Source: Vairimorpha necatrix (Eukaryota). Taken from it: a DNA stretch of 64,000 nt. Below are positions 13,252 through 26,046 of the stretch, piece after piece. The notes beneath the pieces were generated by a model that was not told the DNA's origin, ran no database searches, and saw only the letters and a list, made by a program, of their open reading frames with translations. The DNA lies in contig CP142736.1 in the NCBI GenBank assembly GCA_036630325.1, positions 806,001 through 870,000 on the forward strand, given 5' to 3'. Made by a program: the position numbers and the translations under genes. Within the stretch, counting starts at the first letter, position 1, and every line of letters starts with the position of its first letter.

Positions 13252-15044
13252 CAAATATTTGTATAGAAACAATTAACCCGTAAGTACATAAACTGGAAAG
13301 TTTAATTCAGATACACGTATTAAAATCATTACAGATACTTTTGCAATTTAATAGATCATAAATCTAATATTATTTACAGATATTTAAAGAAATATTATCT
13401 GATTTATATCATAGTTACTGTTCCATACAACAAAAAATTCTCAAGACAGAGTACTTTGGCTGATTTTACATCTTATTTGGTTTCCACAGAAATATTAGAT
13501 TAAGTGAGTAGAGAGTTTCATTGGTAAAGAGATATGAACCTATAATATTAAGCAAACAACCACTAAGTAGATCAATTGTGTGATATAAATATCTGTCTGA
13601 AAAAAAATTAAAATGTATGTCTTGTCATACATTTGTATCAAATTAAGTTAATTAAAATTGTTTGTAATATGTGTATGTAATTATAAAACATAACATATAG
13701 ACTTAAAATTGTTTTTTAGCATATAGTATGTAATTAGTACTTTTATTGAATCTATAATTTGTTCATAATAATTGAATTTTTATAATCATTGTACCAAGTT
13801 TAGTTTTTGTTTAGGTTTATTGTCCAGCTTTGCATTATGTATAAATTTTTCCATTTAATTGCTTTTATCAGTTAAGTGATTGACAAATTTTTTTTTGGTA
13901 GGAAATGTATAGAAGATGATCCTTTCATGTAGTATATAATTTCTCTGGTCAATGTATGATAAATTATAACTATGCGTAAAAACTCAATATAACACGTCCA
14001 GAAAACCTGCAGGTTTCAAATAATAACCACTATATCCATTTGTTGAATTTTAAAACGCGTTTTTTGTGCAAAAAAAAAACAAGTTTAGATTAAAGATCAA
14101 AACTGCAAATGGCGATATAAATATATAATGATTTCCCATCATACATGACGCTATGACTTTCATCGATTCTATATAAATTATTATTCGTTGATACCTAGCT
14201 TTGTAATTTTTTCTGAAATATGTATCATAATAAAAAAAAAATTGTTCTAGTTTTCCCTCCATTTTTCTTGTCCGGTAACAATCAAATGAACTTTTGTTGG
14301 CTTTTAAAATATATTTGCTATAATTGCGATAAGTTTGCAGTCAAAAAAAATTTGTTTTCTTTTACTTTTAAGCAAAAAGAATTTATGAAGCTTATTTTGT
14401 TGAAACAAATTTTTAGAAGATAATTTTTCTAGTCAAGACAATAAAAAAAAATCATAGATATGATTTGAAAAGGGAAAATAAATTGCTTGTGGATATTCAG
14501 ATAAATAAATAAAAACACAAAAAATTATGTAATTTTCTTGTTAAAAATTACATATATTTAGATATTAATCAAAAAGTATTGTTTTATAATTTATTAAATA
14601 ATGTCAATATGTAATATTTATCGTTATCCTGAATTTGAAATTATACAACAAAACATTATTATACTTTTCCGCTTCTGATATTTAAATAAACATGTAAGTG
14701 AAATAGGGTTGCTCTTACAGCAACCGATCATAATCAAATAATTTCAAATTAATAGGCTCTAAGTCAATTTGAGTTTTAATATAAATTTTAAATCATCTTT
14801 AATCTTATAAAGTCTGTGATATAAATATCTATCTAACGATGACATCTAAAAAAGACTAAAATGTTGGAATTTAAAGGGTTTAGTAGTAATATATCCTGTT
14901 TTCTTCTTACTCAAATCAAGAATTACTTGATGTAAAAATAAAGTAGCAGTTACTTTTTTTATGTTTAACTGTAGAATATTAGAGATTTATTTTTATTATT
15001 TGTTGAATAACTATAAATAGCTATAATATTATTAAATACCCCTT

Positions 15045-18000
15045 ATGTCTACTATTCTCAACATGGCTCCCGGTACGGAAAACTCGTATAGAAGGATGGA
15101 AGCACCCAACTTCAGTTTAAAAAGTGCACTTGTAGATTGCATGAAGTTTGAGATATATTTTAAAGACAAAAATATAATTGTAGATGAGGAAAAAATAAAC
15201 ACCGTCTTATTATTTTCAGACGATGAAGCCGCTTATTTCTTATACACAAACAAAGAAAATTTTACAAAAATTACATGGCGAACATTTAAGGGAAGAATTA
15301 AAAAATACATGGAAAGGAATGCTTTAGAGAAAATTTTAAAATCAAAACAAAAATATAATGAAGCAACAGCAACTTGGATAAAAAGAGTTCTTCCCCTGGC
15401 AAGTGCAGCCAACTTGCCTCAAGAATTTACTAAAATGCTTATTAAGAATACATGTGTTAACTTAGATTCAATGTTGATTATCCAAGAATGTTTGATGGAA
15501 CGTAATATTTACAAAGAGAAAGAAATGATACTAAAAGATAAGATGAAGTGGAATATATTAAGAAAACTGTAAAAAAGATAAGAGCTAATAGAGAGACAGT
15601 AATGAGAAGAAAAGGCGTTTCAGAGCCAAGACATAAAGAACCCATTAAACAAACTGACAAAACTGAAATGAAAAAATTTAATCAATTAGTAAAAGAGCCT
15701 ATAGATAACAACAAAAGTGATAATGTAACTGAGATAAAACTAAACAGTGTAAATATCTCCGCTTTTATGGATGAAGGATCAGATGTGAACATCATCAATG
15801 AAAAGAAGGTAGAAGAAAGAGGACTTATTGCATTACCCTGTGAACATACAACAATAAAAAACGTGTTTGGGGTAGTAACAGAACTGACTAAAAAGGTAGA
15901 GGTAACATTAAAAATCAATGATATTATACTTACTCAGGAATGTTATGTAGGAGCTTTTAAGAATTCCAATGAAGATATAGTTATCGGCAGGCCAACTTTA
16001 AATAAAGTAAAAAAACTTAAAAATGAACTTTCGGAGCTTGTAAGAAAATTTCCAAAGGTTTTTGATGGAAAGACAAGTAAAGGATACACGGATATAATGT
16101 GTGAGATAAACACACCGATAGGTAAAAAAGTTAATATAAAATACAGAAACATACCACAGGCCCTAATAAAAGGAGCACAAGAAACAATTAACAAATTATT
16201 AGAACAAGGATATATAGAATGTTCGACATCAGCTTGGTGTAATCCCATAAGACCAGTATTGAAACCAGATGGCACTGTTAGAATTACAAACAATATGCAA
16301 TTTCTGAATAACCTAGTTGAAGATAATAACTATACAATACCTGTAATTCAAAACATAGTAGATGCCACGCGAGGCAAAAGATTTTTTACAGTTATAGATC
16401 TGACAGATGCCTACTATCAAATACACCTGAAACCTGAACATAAATATAAAACCGCATTTTATTTTAAAAATAAACTATATCAATACACACGGATGCCACA
16501 AGGCTTTAAGAATTCACCTGGCATGTTTCAAATGATAATGGATAGATTACTAGAAAACCACCTTGAAACTGCTTGTTGCGTCTATTTAGACGACATAATA
16601 ATTTTTGGAACAACAGAAGAAGAACATGACAATAACCTAGCTAATGTTTTGACGATACTTGAAAAATACAACTTCAAGGTTAACCCAACTAAATTACAAT
16701 TTAAACAAGAAACTATTAAATTATTAGGAATGATGATCGATGGAAAGAAACAATATCCAATAGAACAACATCAAAAAAAGGTATTAGATTTTAAAGTACC
16801 AACTACAATTAATGAGGTACAACGATTTCTAGGATTAGCCAATTATTACAGAAGGTTTATCTCAAACCTAGCTACAATATCTGCTCCGCTTTATGAATTA
16901 CTTAAAAAGAAGAATGAGTTTATATGGAAGGAGGAGCAACAAAAAGCATTTGATATTATTAAAGAAAGAATCAACAGTAAGATTGCTAGACATATTCCTG
17001 ACTACGACAAACTCTTTATACTATCCACCGACGCATCAAATACAGGAATCGGCGCATGCCTACAACAAGAGCACAATAAAGAAATTGCAGTTGTAGATTG
17101 GGCATCAAAGAAACTGACAGATGCCGAGAAAAAATATGGAATTACAGAAAAAGAATTTCTGGCGATGGCTTGGAGTATTACACACTTTGATTATTATCTA
17201 CGAGGAAGAAAGTTTAAAGTAATAACAGATCATTCTGCAATTTTATCTATGAAGGATAAACACATTTTTGGAAACCTACGACTAGAACGAATGAGAGAAA
17301 AATTACAGGATTACGATTTCGAAATTGAATATCGAAAAGGCAAAGAACTAATAGACGCCGATGCAATTAGCAGGATTTATGAGGATCCAAAAGGAGTTGA
17401 AGAACTTAGAACTAAAAATAAAAACGTATAAATCGATTCTGATGGGAAGTGGTACTATAAAGTAAATGAAAATGAAATTAGATATTTCCCCGAAGTTCTT
17501 GAAAGAAAAGATATTTTATATAAAGCACACGAAGTAAACACCGTGCATGGTGGAATAAGTGCCATGACTTACGAATTGAAAAAGAACTATTATTGGCCAA
17601 AAATGACAGAATCGATAACAAATTATATAAAAAACTGTGAATCATGTGTCCGAAACGATCAAAAAAGCTTAGGAGGTGAAGAATTTGTAGAAACACAAAG
17701 GCCGTTAGAAATATTTGGAATGGACCTAATGTTTATTGACCAGAAGACGACACTTATGACTTGTATAGATTACTTTACACGTAGATGTATGATAAAGCCC
17801 TTAAAATCAAAGAAAGCTAGCGTTTGTAGAAATGCAATAACAGAAATGTTTCAAGAGATTGGAGTTCCTGAGAAAATTATTACAGACAATGGAAAAGAAT
17901 TTACAGCTACAACTATAAAAGAAATCATGTCTAATATGTTAGTAAATCACCATAAAATATCTATAGACAAGCATCAGTCTAATGGTAGAATAGAAAGATT

Positions 18001-18412
18001 ACATAGGAAAATTTGGCAAGCATTAAAAAAAATAGAATGTAATCAAAAGGAAACATTAGAAGAAATTTTATATGATGTAGAAAATAAAATTAATAATACA
18101 TTTAATAGAGCAATAGGTTGTACCCCGAACGAAGCATGGGATGATCCTGATAATAAAACATTGAAAGAATTGAATAAAAAAGATTCAAAATACGGAAAAG
18201 AATTTAAAAAACTTCCACGTGAAAAATTTAGAATTGGAGAACAAGTGTTTATTCAACAAAACCCAATGCAGGCACAGGACAAGCTCAACGATAAATACAT
18301 TGAAGAGGGAATGATACATACTGTGTTAGAAAATGACTCTTACTTAGTAAAAGTAAACGATAAACTGATCAAAAAGAGCCATTCTCAGCTCAAATCAGTA
18401 CCAACTATATGA
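15045..18412 (+). pseudogene. Element A gag-pol polyprotein, disrupted
   Basis: Gag-like 15045..15572. Frame change plus TAA at 15539-15541. Protease-like FMDEGSDVNII, RT YLDD, RNase H TDAS/EFLA/TDH. In-frame TAA at 17429-17431, then open frame into the integrase (H..H..C..C, TDNG, SNGRIER) ending at 18412. Confidence 0.9.
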
Positions 18413-18460
18413 TTGCTTGTATAAAACCAAAATACATAAATTTTTATTTTTTACCCTCAA

Positions 18461-19017
18461 ATGGAAACAGAAACTAGTCAAAGAACTAAAAGTATATGTA
18501 GATCAACTTTAAATATGGAAATAAGACTCTTGAACCTGCAGTCCAATCTAAAAGACGAAGAAAAATTCAATTATATAATTAGGAATGCAAGTACAGATTT
18601 GGGAGAGTATATATTACAAGAAGGTTTACAACATGGAAGGGCATCGAAAAATGTGCCGAAGACCAAAAACTCACAGCTGACACCGTTTTAAAAGTATGTG
18701 CAAACACAAGGAAAAGCACTGAAACAGTAACTGAATATCTAGGCAGACTTGGAAAGGACTTAAAACGGCTTGGAGCCACGGATAAAATGATAATAAAATA
18801 TTTAAGCCTTACTGTTGCTATGGGAAATGTGGAAGTCCACATGATGTTAAGCCTACACACTGATATGGAGGAATTTTTGGCCCACACTTCTAAAATACTT
18901 ACAAGCAGAACAAGAAGGAATAAGCTCACCAATAAGAAAAATTGCAGTTTTTGTAAACAACAGGGACATGAATCAGAAAAATGTTTCAAAAAGCCAAATT
19001 TTAAAAAAGATCAGTAG
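18461..19017 (+). pseudogene. Element A second ORF: gag-like protein with C-terminal CCHC zinc knuckle (one frameshift near 18628)
   Basis: Own start context aaatttttattttttaccctcaaATG. Switching to the -1 frame near 18628 gives an open frame TTWKGIEKC...ETVTEYLGRLGKDL...CSFCKQQGHESEKC (CX2CX4HX4C) to TAG at 19017. Confidence 0.75.
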
Positions 19018-21694
19018 ACCGCAGTCGTATTTTCGGGCGGGATGTTGAATAACTATAAATAGCTATAATATTATTAAATACCCCTTATGTCTACTATTCT
19101 CAACATTATTGTTACTATTATTTTAATACACATTACATTTATTTTATTGTGTATGTTTCTTTTTTTTATCAGTTTATTACTTTGATTTAACACTATATTT
19201 AGTAGATTAAATTATGAAAATTTTCAAAAGTCAAATAAAATGTTTTGATCAAATATTCGTTCTAAAAAAATTTAACTTTTTATCAAGTGATCCTTCAATT
19301 TAAACTAAGTGTCGTTGTAGAAAATATTATTTTTAAAACTAAAATTAAATAAATTCAAAAAAATTTGCTAATCAAAACTATACATATATACTCAATAATA
19401 TTAATGACGATATAATTATCGAAAATCATGTAAAATTATACTGGACACGAAAAACAATACACACGAACCATGTCGTTTCCCCCTAATAATTATTTGATAA
19501 ATTGAGAATATATACATGTTTTTTATTTACTTTATGCGGGTTATTTGTTACAAACAAAAATAAATATATAAAATCTTGTGCCATTTGATATTAAACTGAG
19601 TGACATAAAAAATGAAGCATAAAACACATCATTTATTAGGTCAAAGCAAAAGAAACCACCACCAAGGTTCTTTATTTTTTTGACAAATATTATATTGGAC
19701 CTAGTTCAATCTGTTCAAGATTATCTGTGCAGGTTTTTTAAAAACAAAATGCTCAATTAAGTATATGTTTAATGTATAATAAATGTGATTATCTAATATT
19801 GTTTCCGGGATTCCTTTGCCACAGTATTAATCTCATTTAATTGCCTTCGTAAGTTATTTTTTCTTTGATCATGATTTACCTTCATTATCGCTGAACTGAT
19901 TTTTATTCTACTATTTTGTTTCAGTTTAATGTAATTTATCTTTGTATCCATATAAACTCTTATTGCATAATTTAAATTATAACTATATTAACATACAGGG
20001 ATATATCGAGAAATTTACGTTTTTGTTTATTTTAAGAAAAAAACGAGGAATGTTTATTCGTTAAATTATTAATGATATATTTTTTTCTATCAAAACATGA
20101 ACGACAATCGCTTCGACCCTATTATATTTTTTGCAAAACATTCGGCTTTATTATATCAACTAGTCTGAGTGATTTATAATTCCATTGAATATAATTAAAA
20201 AATATATAAAAAATAAGGGGTTTATTAAGAAACAAAAAATTGAGGGGTTCATGAAATTATTAAATAACTTTGAATGAGTACGTTATAAAAAAATAATACC
20301 GGCGTTTTCGGGTTAAGAGATCCACCCTAGAAGAGACCATGGATCTCTTAAACTAGTGTAAAATAATTTCTTTTGAAAAAGTCGCAAAATTTGACTTTTA
20401 ATGTGGATCTCTTAACCGGGTAGTAACATTTTTAATGAATTTAATACAAAAAAATTATTGTAAAATCAAAAGTTTCACGTATTTTTAATAGCTTGCAAGT
20501 ACAAAACACCACATAGAAATAAGAATGAAAGATTGCAGTGTTAGATTTATGTGGGCTGACCCATACAATATCTATTTATGCATTATGATTTTATTATTCA
20601 ATAAACGTATGCAGAAAATTTATCTTTGGGTGTAAATTTTTGATTGTGACTAAAGTATATTCAATTAATATCATATTTTTTTTTGTAAATTATTAGTTTA
20701 AATTTTGAAATTGTTTATCTTATATTATTTTCTTTTATGATAATTACCGTAATATCTTAAGCTTCGAATATCCGTTTTTATGTATTGAAATAAATTGTTC
20801 GTCAATTTAATTTTAAGTTTGTCAAATGTATAAATAAGAATCTATGTGCTTATAATCAGTTAATTTATTGTGTAAAACAATAATTGGCAAAATTAATATA
20901 ATGAATAATAGAAGATTTTAGTAAGTCTCGGCCATAACTCATAATAAATAGAGGGGTTGGAATAACCAATACTAAATTATTAAAAAAAAAAAAAATACTC
21001 ACGTAAATTTCATTTTTATTTTTTTTTACTAATTATTTTTAACCTTTTAACACAATATCCCATTGAGGTTTTGTTGGATATTTTACAAACAACAAAGTGT
21101 AGTTCTTCGATAATTTTTTTAGTTCAAATATGAATATTTTACGGTATATATTTCATATGCCACTGCATGGGATGTGAATTCAGAACAACTTCACCAAATA
21201 TTATAATCTTAAAATTTCCTAACAAATAACAAGTTTTTTTTACATACAATCATCATAAAAAGAAGTAAACAAAAAATTATGCCTTGAGCGCAAATAAGGC
21301 CTGCAATGCCAATATTTTGTGTAAAAAAACATAATAGAAGTATCTGGAGGTGTATAAGTCTTTGGAGAGAGCCAAAAATAACATATGAGTTATTAGAATA
21401 AAAATTTTATACATATTAATAATGCTTTCCGTCAAAACACTTACAAAACAATAAATTCTTTTATAAACAAGAAAAAAGAGATTTAGTACTGATCATAAAA
21501 AGGATATATGACTGCACACTTTCCAATTTATAAAATTCATATTAATTTTAATTTTTAATACTAGAAAAAAAACAATTATTACATGTAGAAAGTGTTTTTA
21601 AATAAAAAAAACTAATAATATTAAATATAACAGTGATTGAAGATTAAAATTATCTAGATACTAAAGAAAACGTAATAATAAATTGAGATTGATA

Positions 21695-21976
21695 TTATTT
21701 TAATATGTAGCTTGCTAAATTGGCAATGCAAAGAACTCCTCCAATTGCGGTTGCAGTACGACAATATGCTAATGTAGATATTATCACAATATCTTTAGTG
21801 CTTTTATATTTATTTCTTTTTGTTACGATTTCATACCCGGTATGGAGTATAAACATTGAAACTAGACCGATTGGGTATGCTCGGTTCATAATGTACAACA
21901 CTGGCAAGCTACTATCTTTTATTTCTTGACTAACAACATTTTGAGTACACTTTATCAGATTTAATAAGATTATCAT
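21695..21976 (-). CDS. Small signal-peptide + two-TM protein, family member
   Basis: MIILLNLIKCTQN..SQEI; loop KRNKYKSTKDI; ttaccccacATG start context. Confidence 0.78.
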   Translation of the reverse strand: MIILLNLIKCTQNVVSQEIKDSSLPVLYIMNRAYPIGLVSMFILHTGYEIVTKRNKYKSTKDIVIISTLAYCRTATAIGGVLCIANLASYILK

Positions 21977-22863
21977 GTGGGGTAAATTTTTTTTTTAAAA
22001 AAACATCGATAAATTCTTTTTGGGTAAATGAAAAAATTTATATTTTAAAAAAAAAATTTCTCGTTAAAATGTATTATTACTCTTCAGAAGTTGAATAAAT
22101 TCTTTCTGTGTGTTTATAAGATTTATAGCAAAAAGTTTATTATGATAAAATTTCAAAGGGAAATAATGTCATTAGAAGTTGAAAAAATTAATCAAGATCG
22201 ACTTTATATAGTCAACCAATAGAGTTTATAAGGTAATAATCTAAATAATATTTGTATAAATATACCATGCTCGCAAAGCAATTATTTAATGTGTCATGGT
22301 ATTTAAGACCAAAATAAAGAAGTGAATTGGATTTTTGAAACTACAAAACTAAAGATTCTGAAGGAATATCCGGCCTGTTACTCTTAGAGGTTTTTGAATT
22401 CTGTTTTCGGAATCGAAGACGAGAATATAACCAAGAAGATAAAGGAAAGTTAAATGATAGATCTATGAGTATTTTAGCAGCCAATACACTTTAGAAGCAA
22501 AAGAGTTATGAATGAAAAGATATGATTTTTGTTTTTTTACTTTGCAAGTAAAAATTTTTTTACACTTACACAAATCTCTGATATGCCAATTCCCGTTATT
22601 AAAACAGGACTCCGTATATTTACGACATCTAAAATAATAAGATAAGTCATTTTTTACAGTATTATGATGGCAACTTGTTAAAAAACATTTCCAGAATAAA
22701 ATTAGATACAAATAAAAAAAACATGATTTATAGATAAAATTTTTGTCGTAGGAGCTCAAGGCTTCTACATATTTGACACGTTTGACATTTCTCAATATTT
22801 TATTATTTAAAACTTTTATATTTTACCCCCAAGCAAAATGGAAGGAAGAGAAGAAAAAACTAA

Positions 22864-25800
22864 TGTTATATATCCTTATTATTTTTACCCCTCATTATGG
22901 AAAATAAACACATGGGGGCGATACCAGAAAATGGGTCTACAAAGGAGGACCGTGGCCAAGAGGCTAGAATATTATTAAAAGAGGTTAAAAGGATTGTTTA
23001 TGAGTTGTTTTTAGAGAAAATTGATGAGTGTGGATTTAAATTAGAAATTTTTAGGAGAGGTTCTATTTTATTGAGAAATTTTATTGTTGAGAGGATCTCG
23101 CAAGAGGGTAGTTGGAAGGAAATTGAGGAAAAATTAGAGTTGCTAGCTATTCAGGAGGAAAAGGAACAAGTGAGAAAAAAAGAATTTGAAGAGTTGTCCC
23201 TAGCGTTATGGGCTAAATTTGAGGAGAAGAATAAGTTGTCTCGTGAGGAAAATAAAAAGAATATGCGTTGCTACAATTGTGGGAAGTTAGGCCATAGTGT
23301 TAGATTTTGTAGGGGAATGAGGCGAGATTCTGAAGACAGAAGAAATAAAAGTAGTTTTAATTATGTTGGTAAATGTAAAGTGCAATTAGACTTAGGGGGT
23401 AAATGTGATGACGATTCCAATTCGGACAAATGTGATTATTATAATGTTGATGGTGGAAAACGTAAGAAGAAAAATTTAGGGGATATACAAGATTATAGCA
23501 AAAGGGACAATAATAAGAGAGTTCTGTTGAGAAGGGATGTAAGAGGCATCGCGTATTTAGAGGAGATTATTTCACGGGTAGGAGGAAGAGAGGATGAAGA
23601 TATTAGTTTTTGTAAGGTTGAAAAATGTATTATCAAGACTCAAGAAGGCAAGAAAGTTGTTAAAAAAGGGCAGGCTATAGCTCAGGCTTTGTTGAAGAAG
23701 ACGGAAGATTATATTAATAGTTTGGAAAGAAGAAAGATAATTAGAAGGTCGACATCTGACTGGAGAAATCCCATTAGAGCGATTGAGAACCCGAATGGTG
23801 ATATAAGATTAGTAAGTAATTTAATTGCTCTTAATGACATTGTAGAGAAGGATCCTTATGAGTTAACTAGGATAAGAGATGTTATTAGAAGTACACAGGG
23901 ATCTGAATTTTTTACCGTGATAGATCTAAAGGAGGGGTTTTATAGTATTGAGATTGAAGAGAAGGATAGGTTTAAGACGGCTTTTGAGTTTAATAAAAAG
24001 GTATACGAGTGGAATTCGATGGTCATGGGGTTTAAAAACTCTCCGCAGATATTACAAAGAATAATGAATGGGATTTTTGAAAAATTTATTGGTAAGGGAA
24101 TCGAAATTTATATGGACGATATTGTGATTCATAGTAAGACAAGAGAGGGTCACGACAAATTGTTGAAAGAGGCTGTGGATATATTAGAGGAGAATAATAT
24201 GAAAATTAATTTGGCTAAGGTTCAATTATGTAAACGAGAGGTGATGTTGTTAGGAGTAACAGTTAATGGCAAGGAGATACTGCCATCTGAAATAAAGCAA
24301 AATGAAGCGTTAGAATTTCCCAAACCGGGGTGTGTATCAGATGTTAGGAAGTTTCTTGGGCTGGCTGGATGGTTTAGAAATCATATTGATAATTATGCAA
24401 AACGTACATTGGCGTTGACGGATTCTCTTAAAGGACGAGGAAGTAATTGGAAATGGACAGAAGAAATGGAAAAAGAATATATTAGTTTAAGGGAAGTGAT
24501 TAGGGATTTAAAAGGTTTAGCAATTGTTAATTATAATAAGGAATTTTTGTTACGCACGGATGCGAGTAATGTTGGAATGGGTGCTGTTTTAATGCAGGAA
24601 GATGATCAAGGTAATTGGGTACCAGTACAGTGGGCATCAAAAAAGTTTACGCCTACGGAAACGAGATATGGAATCAGTGAGAAGGAGATGTATGCAGTCT
24701 TTTGGGGAATTAAAAAGTTTGAATATGAACTACGCGGAAGAAGATTTAGGGTAGAAACTGATCATAAGGCATTGATCGAGATTAGAAATAAACCAGCATT
24801 TAACAATAGTAGAATTAACAGGTGGATTGAAAAGATTCAAGAGTTCGACTTTAGCATTGAATATAGAGAGCCTAGTACCATGGTTGTAGCAGATGCACTG
24901 AGTAGGGTACATGAAAATGAGAAAACGCTAATGAATAAGGAGAGAAGTATTAAACAGGCACAGGGTAAATGGGACAAGCATGTTAAAGTTGTTGATGGGA
25001 AGGAAATTTGGGTATTTGACTCTGGTAGAGAAGCGGAGATTCCAAAGAAAGAATTGCGTGAAGGTTTAATTGTCAATGCTCATGAAAATTTGGGACATAG
25101 AAGTTTAGGATCAGTGTACTATGCAATGAAGTTTGAATTTTATTGGCCGGGTATGAAGAAGGATATCGAGGATGTTTTAAAGAAGTGTGAAGTTTGCCAA
25201 ATATATAATAGGAAAAAGAGTGGTGGTTGTGATTTTGTTAGTTCAAGATTTTATTTGGAAAAGGTTGCTTTGGATTTGATTGAGTTTAGAGATTTAGGGA
25301 AATATGTGTTGGTCGTGATTGATTATTATACTAGGATCGTTTGGGGAAAAGTAATAGAGTACAAACGCGGAAGCTCGGTTGTAGGGTTTTTAAAACAGTT
25401 GTGTGGATCAGGAATGAAACCGGTAGAAATAATTACTGACAACGGTAAAGAATTTAGTAATGAATATATGAGGAATTGGTGTTCAGAGGAAAATGTATTA
25501 CATAGGAAAGTAAGCGTAGAAAGTCATAGAAGTAATGGAAGAGTGGAAAGGGTAATAGGAACCATAAGAGAAGGAATATTGAAAGATGATGCTGTGGATT
25601 TTGAAGCCAAGGTTAATAGATGTATATGGCGTTATAATAACAGCTATCATGAAGGGTTGAGATGTACACCGTTTGAGGCCTCAAGAGACGAAACGGGCCA
25701 TGATATGATCGAGAATGGGCCTGAAGGATTTTATAGTAGGAGGTTTGTGGCTCGCAAAAGAGAGAAATTCTATAAAGGTCAGAGAGTTAGGGTAGCGAAG

Positions 25801-26046
25801 AAAGAGAACTTATCGGGTTGTAGTAAGTATGAGAAAGGAAGGTTTTTAGGATATGGTGTTATCAAGGAAGTTTGCGGAGGTGACTCGTCTTAGTTAGTTT
25901 GGAAAATGGTAGGATCGTGAAAAAGCGGCATTATGATTTAAAAGGTCTGCTTGGGATTAATGAGTTCTAGTATGAGACTACCGTCTTGGAGGGGGGATGT
26001 TATATATCCTTATTATTTTTACCCCTCATTATGGAAAATAAACACA
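22864..26046 (+). mobile_element. Ty3/Gypsy LTR retrotransposon C (3183 bp, 49-bp LTRs) nested in the 5' LTR of B
   Basis: Identical LTRs 22864-22912 and 25998-26046 (TGTT...CACA). TSD ACTAA (22859-22863, 26047-26051). PBS TGGGGGCGATACCAG at 22913. PPT GGAGGGGGGA. Confidence 0.95.
22897..25893 (+). CDS. Element C single polyprotein: short Gag + CCHC knuckle, RT, RNase H, integrase; no recognisable protease
   Basis: CYNCGKLGHSVRFC, YMDD, TDAS, HHCC and TDNG/SNGRVER motifs. A probable 1-nt deletion near 25888 truncates the tail: the alternate frame reads LVSLENGRIVKKRHYDLK..., ends at 25970, and matches the C-terminus of element A. Confidence 0.88.
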   Translation: MENKHMGAIPENGSTKEDRGQEARILLKEVKRIVYELFLEKIDECGFKLEIFRRGSILLRNFIVERISQEGSWKEIEEKLELLAIQEEKEQVRKKEFEELSLALWAKFEEKNKLSREENKKNMRCYNCGKLGHSVRFCRGMRRDSEDRRNKSSFNYVGKCKVQLDLGGKCDDDSNSDKCDYYNVDGGKRKKKNLGDIQDYSKRDNNKRVLLRRDVRGIAYLEEIISRVGGREDEDISFCKVEKCIIKTQEGKKVVKKGQAIAQALLKKTEDYINSLERRKIIRRSTSDWRNPIRAIENPNGDIRLVSNLIALNDIVEKDPYELTRIRDVIRSTQGSEFFTVIDLKEGFYSIEIEEKDRFKTAFEFNKKVYEWNSMVMGFKNSPQILQRIMNGIFEKFIGKGIEIYMDDIVIHSKTREGHDKLLKEAVDILEENNMKINLAKVQLCKREVMLLGVTVNGKEILPSEIKQNEALEFPKPGCVSDVRKFLGLAGWFRNHIDNYAKRTLALTDSLKGRGSNWKWTEEMEKEYISLREVIRDLKGLAIVNYNKEFLLRTDASNVGMGAVLMQEDDQGNWVPVQWASKKFTPTETRYGISEKEMYAVFWGIKKFEYELRGRRFRVETDHKALIEIRNKPAFNNSRINRWIEKIQEFDFSIEYREPSTMVVADALSRVHENEKTLMNKERSIKQAQGKWDKHVKVVDGKEIWVFDSGREAEIPKKELREGLIVNAHENLGHRSLGSVYYAMKFEFYWPGMKKDIEDVLKKCEVCQIYNRKKSGGCDFVSSRFYLEKVALDLIEFRDLGKYVLVVIDYYTRIVWGKVIEYKRGSSVVGFLKQLCGSGMKPVEIITDNGKEFSNEYMRNWCSEENVLHRKVSVESHRSNGRVERVIGTIREGILKDDAVDFEAKVNRCIWRYNNSYHEGLRCTPFEASRDETGHDMIENGPEGFYSRRFVARKREKFYKGQRVRVAKKENLSGCSKYEKGRFLGYGVIKEVCGGDSS

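Larger units (their letters stand above)
15001..19105 (+). mobile_element. Ty3/Gypsy LTR retrotransposon A (4105 bp, 63-bp LTRs) with an extra 3' gag-like ORF
   Basis: Identical LTRs 15001-15063 and 19043-19105 (TGTTG...CAACA). 5-bp TSD TTATT. PBS TGGCTCCCGGTACGG at 15064. Purine-rich CGGGCGGGA before the 3' LTR. Domain order PR-RT-RH-IN. Confidence 0.95.

Noticed and set aside
14050-14262. 70-aa ORF ending ISPFAVLIFN, like family TM2
   Set aside because: Lacks the family N-terminus, TM1 and start motif; may be a relic but cannot be supported.
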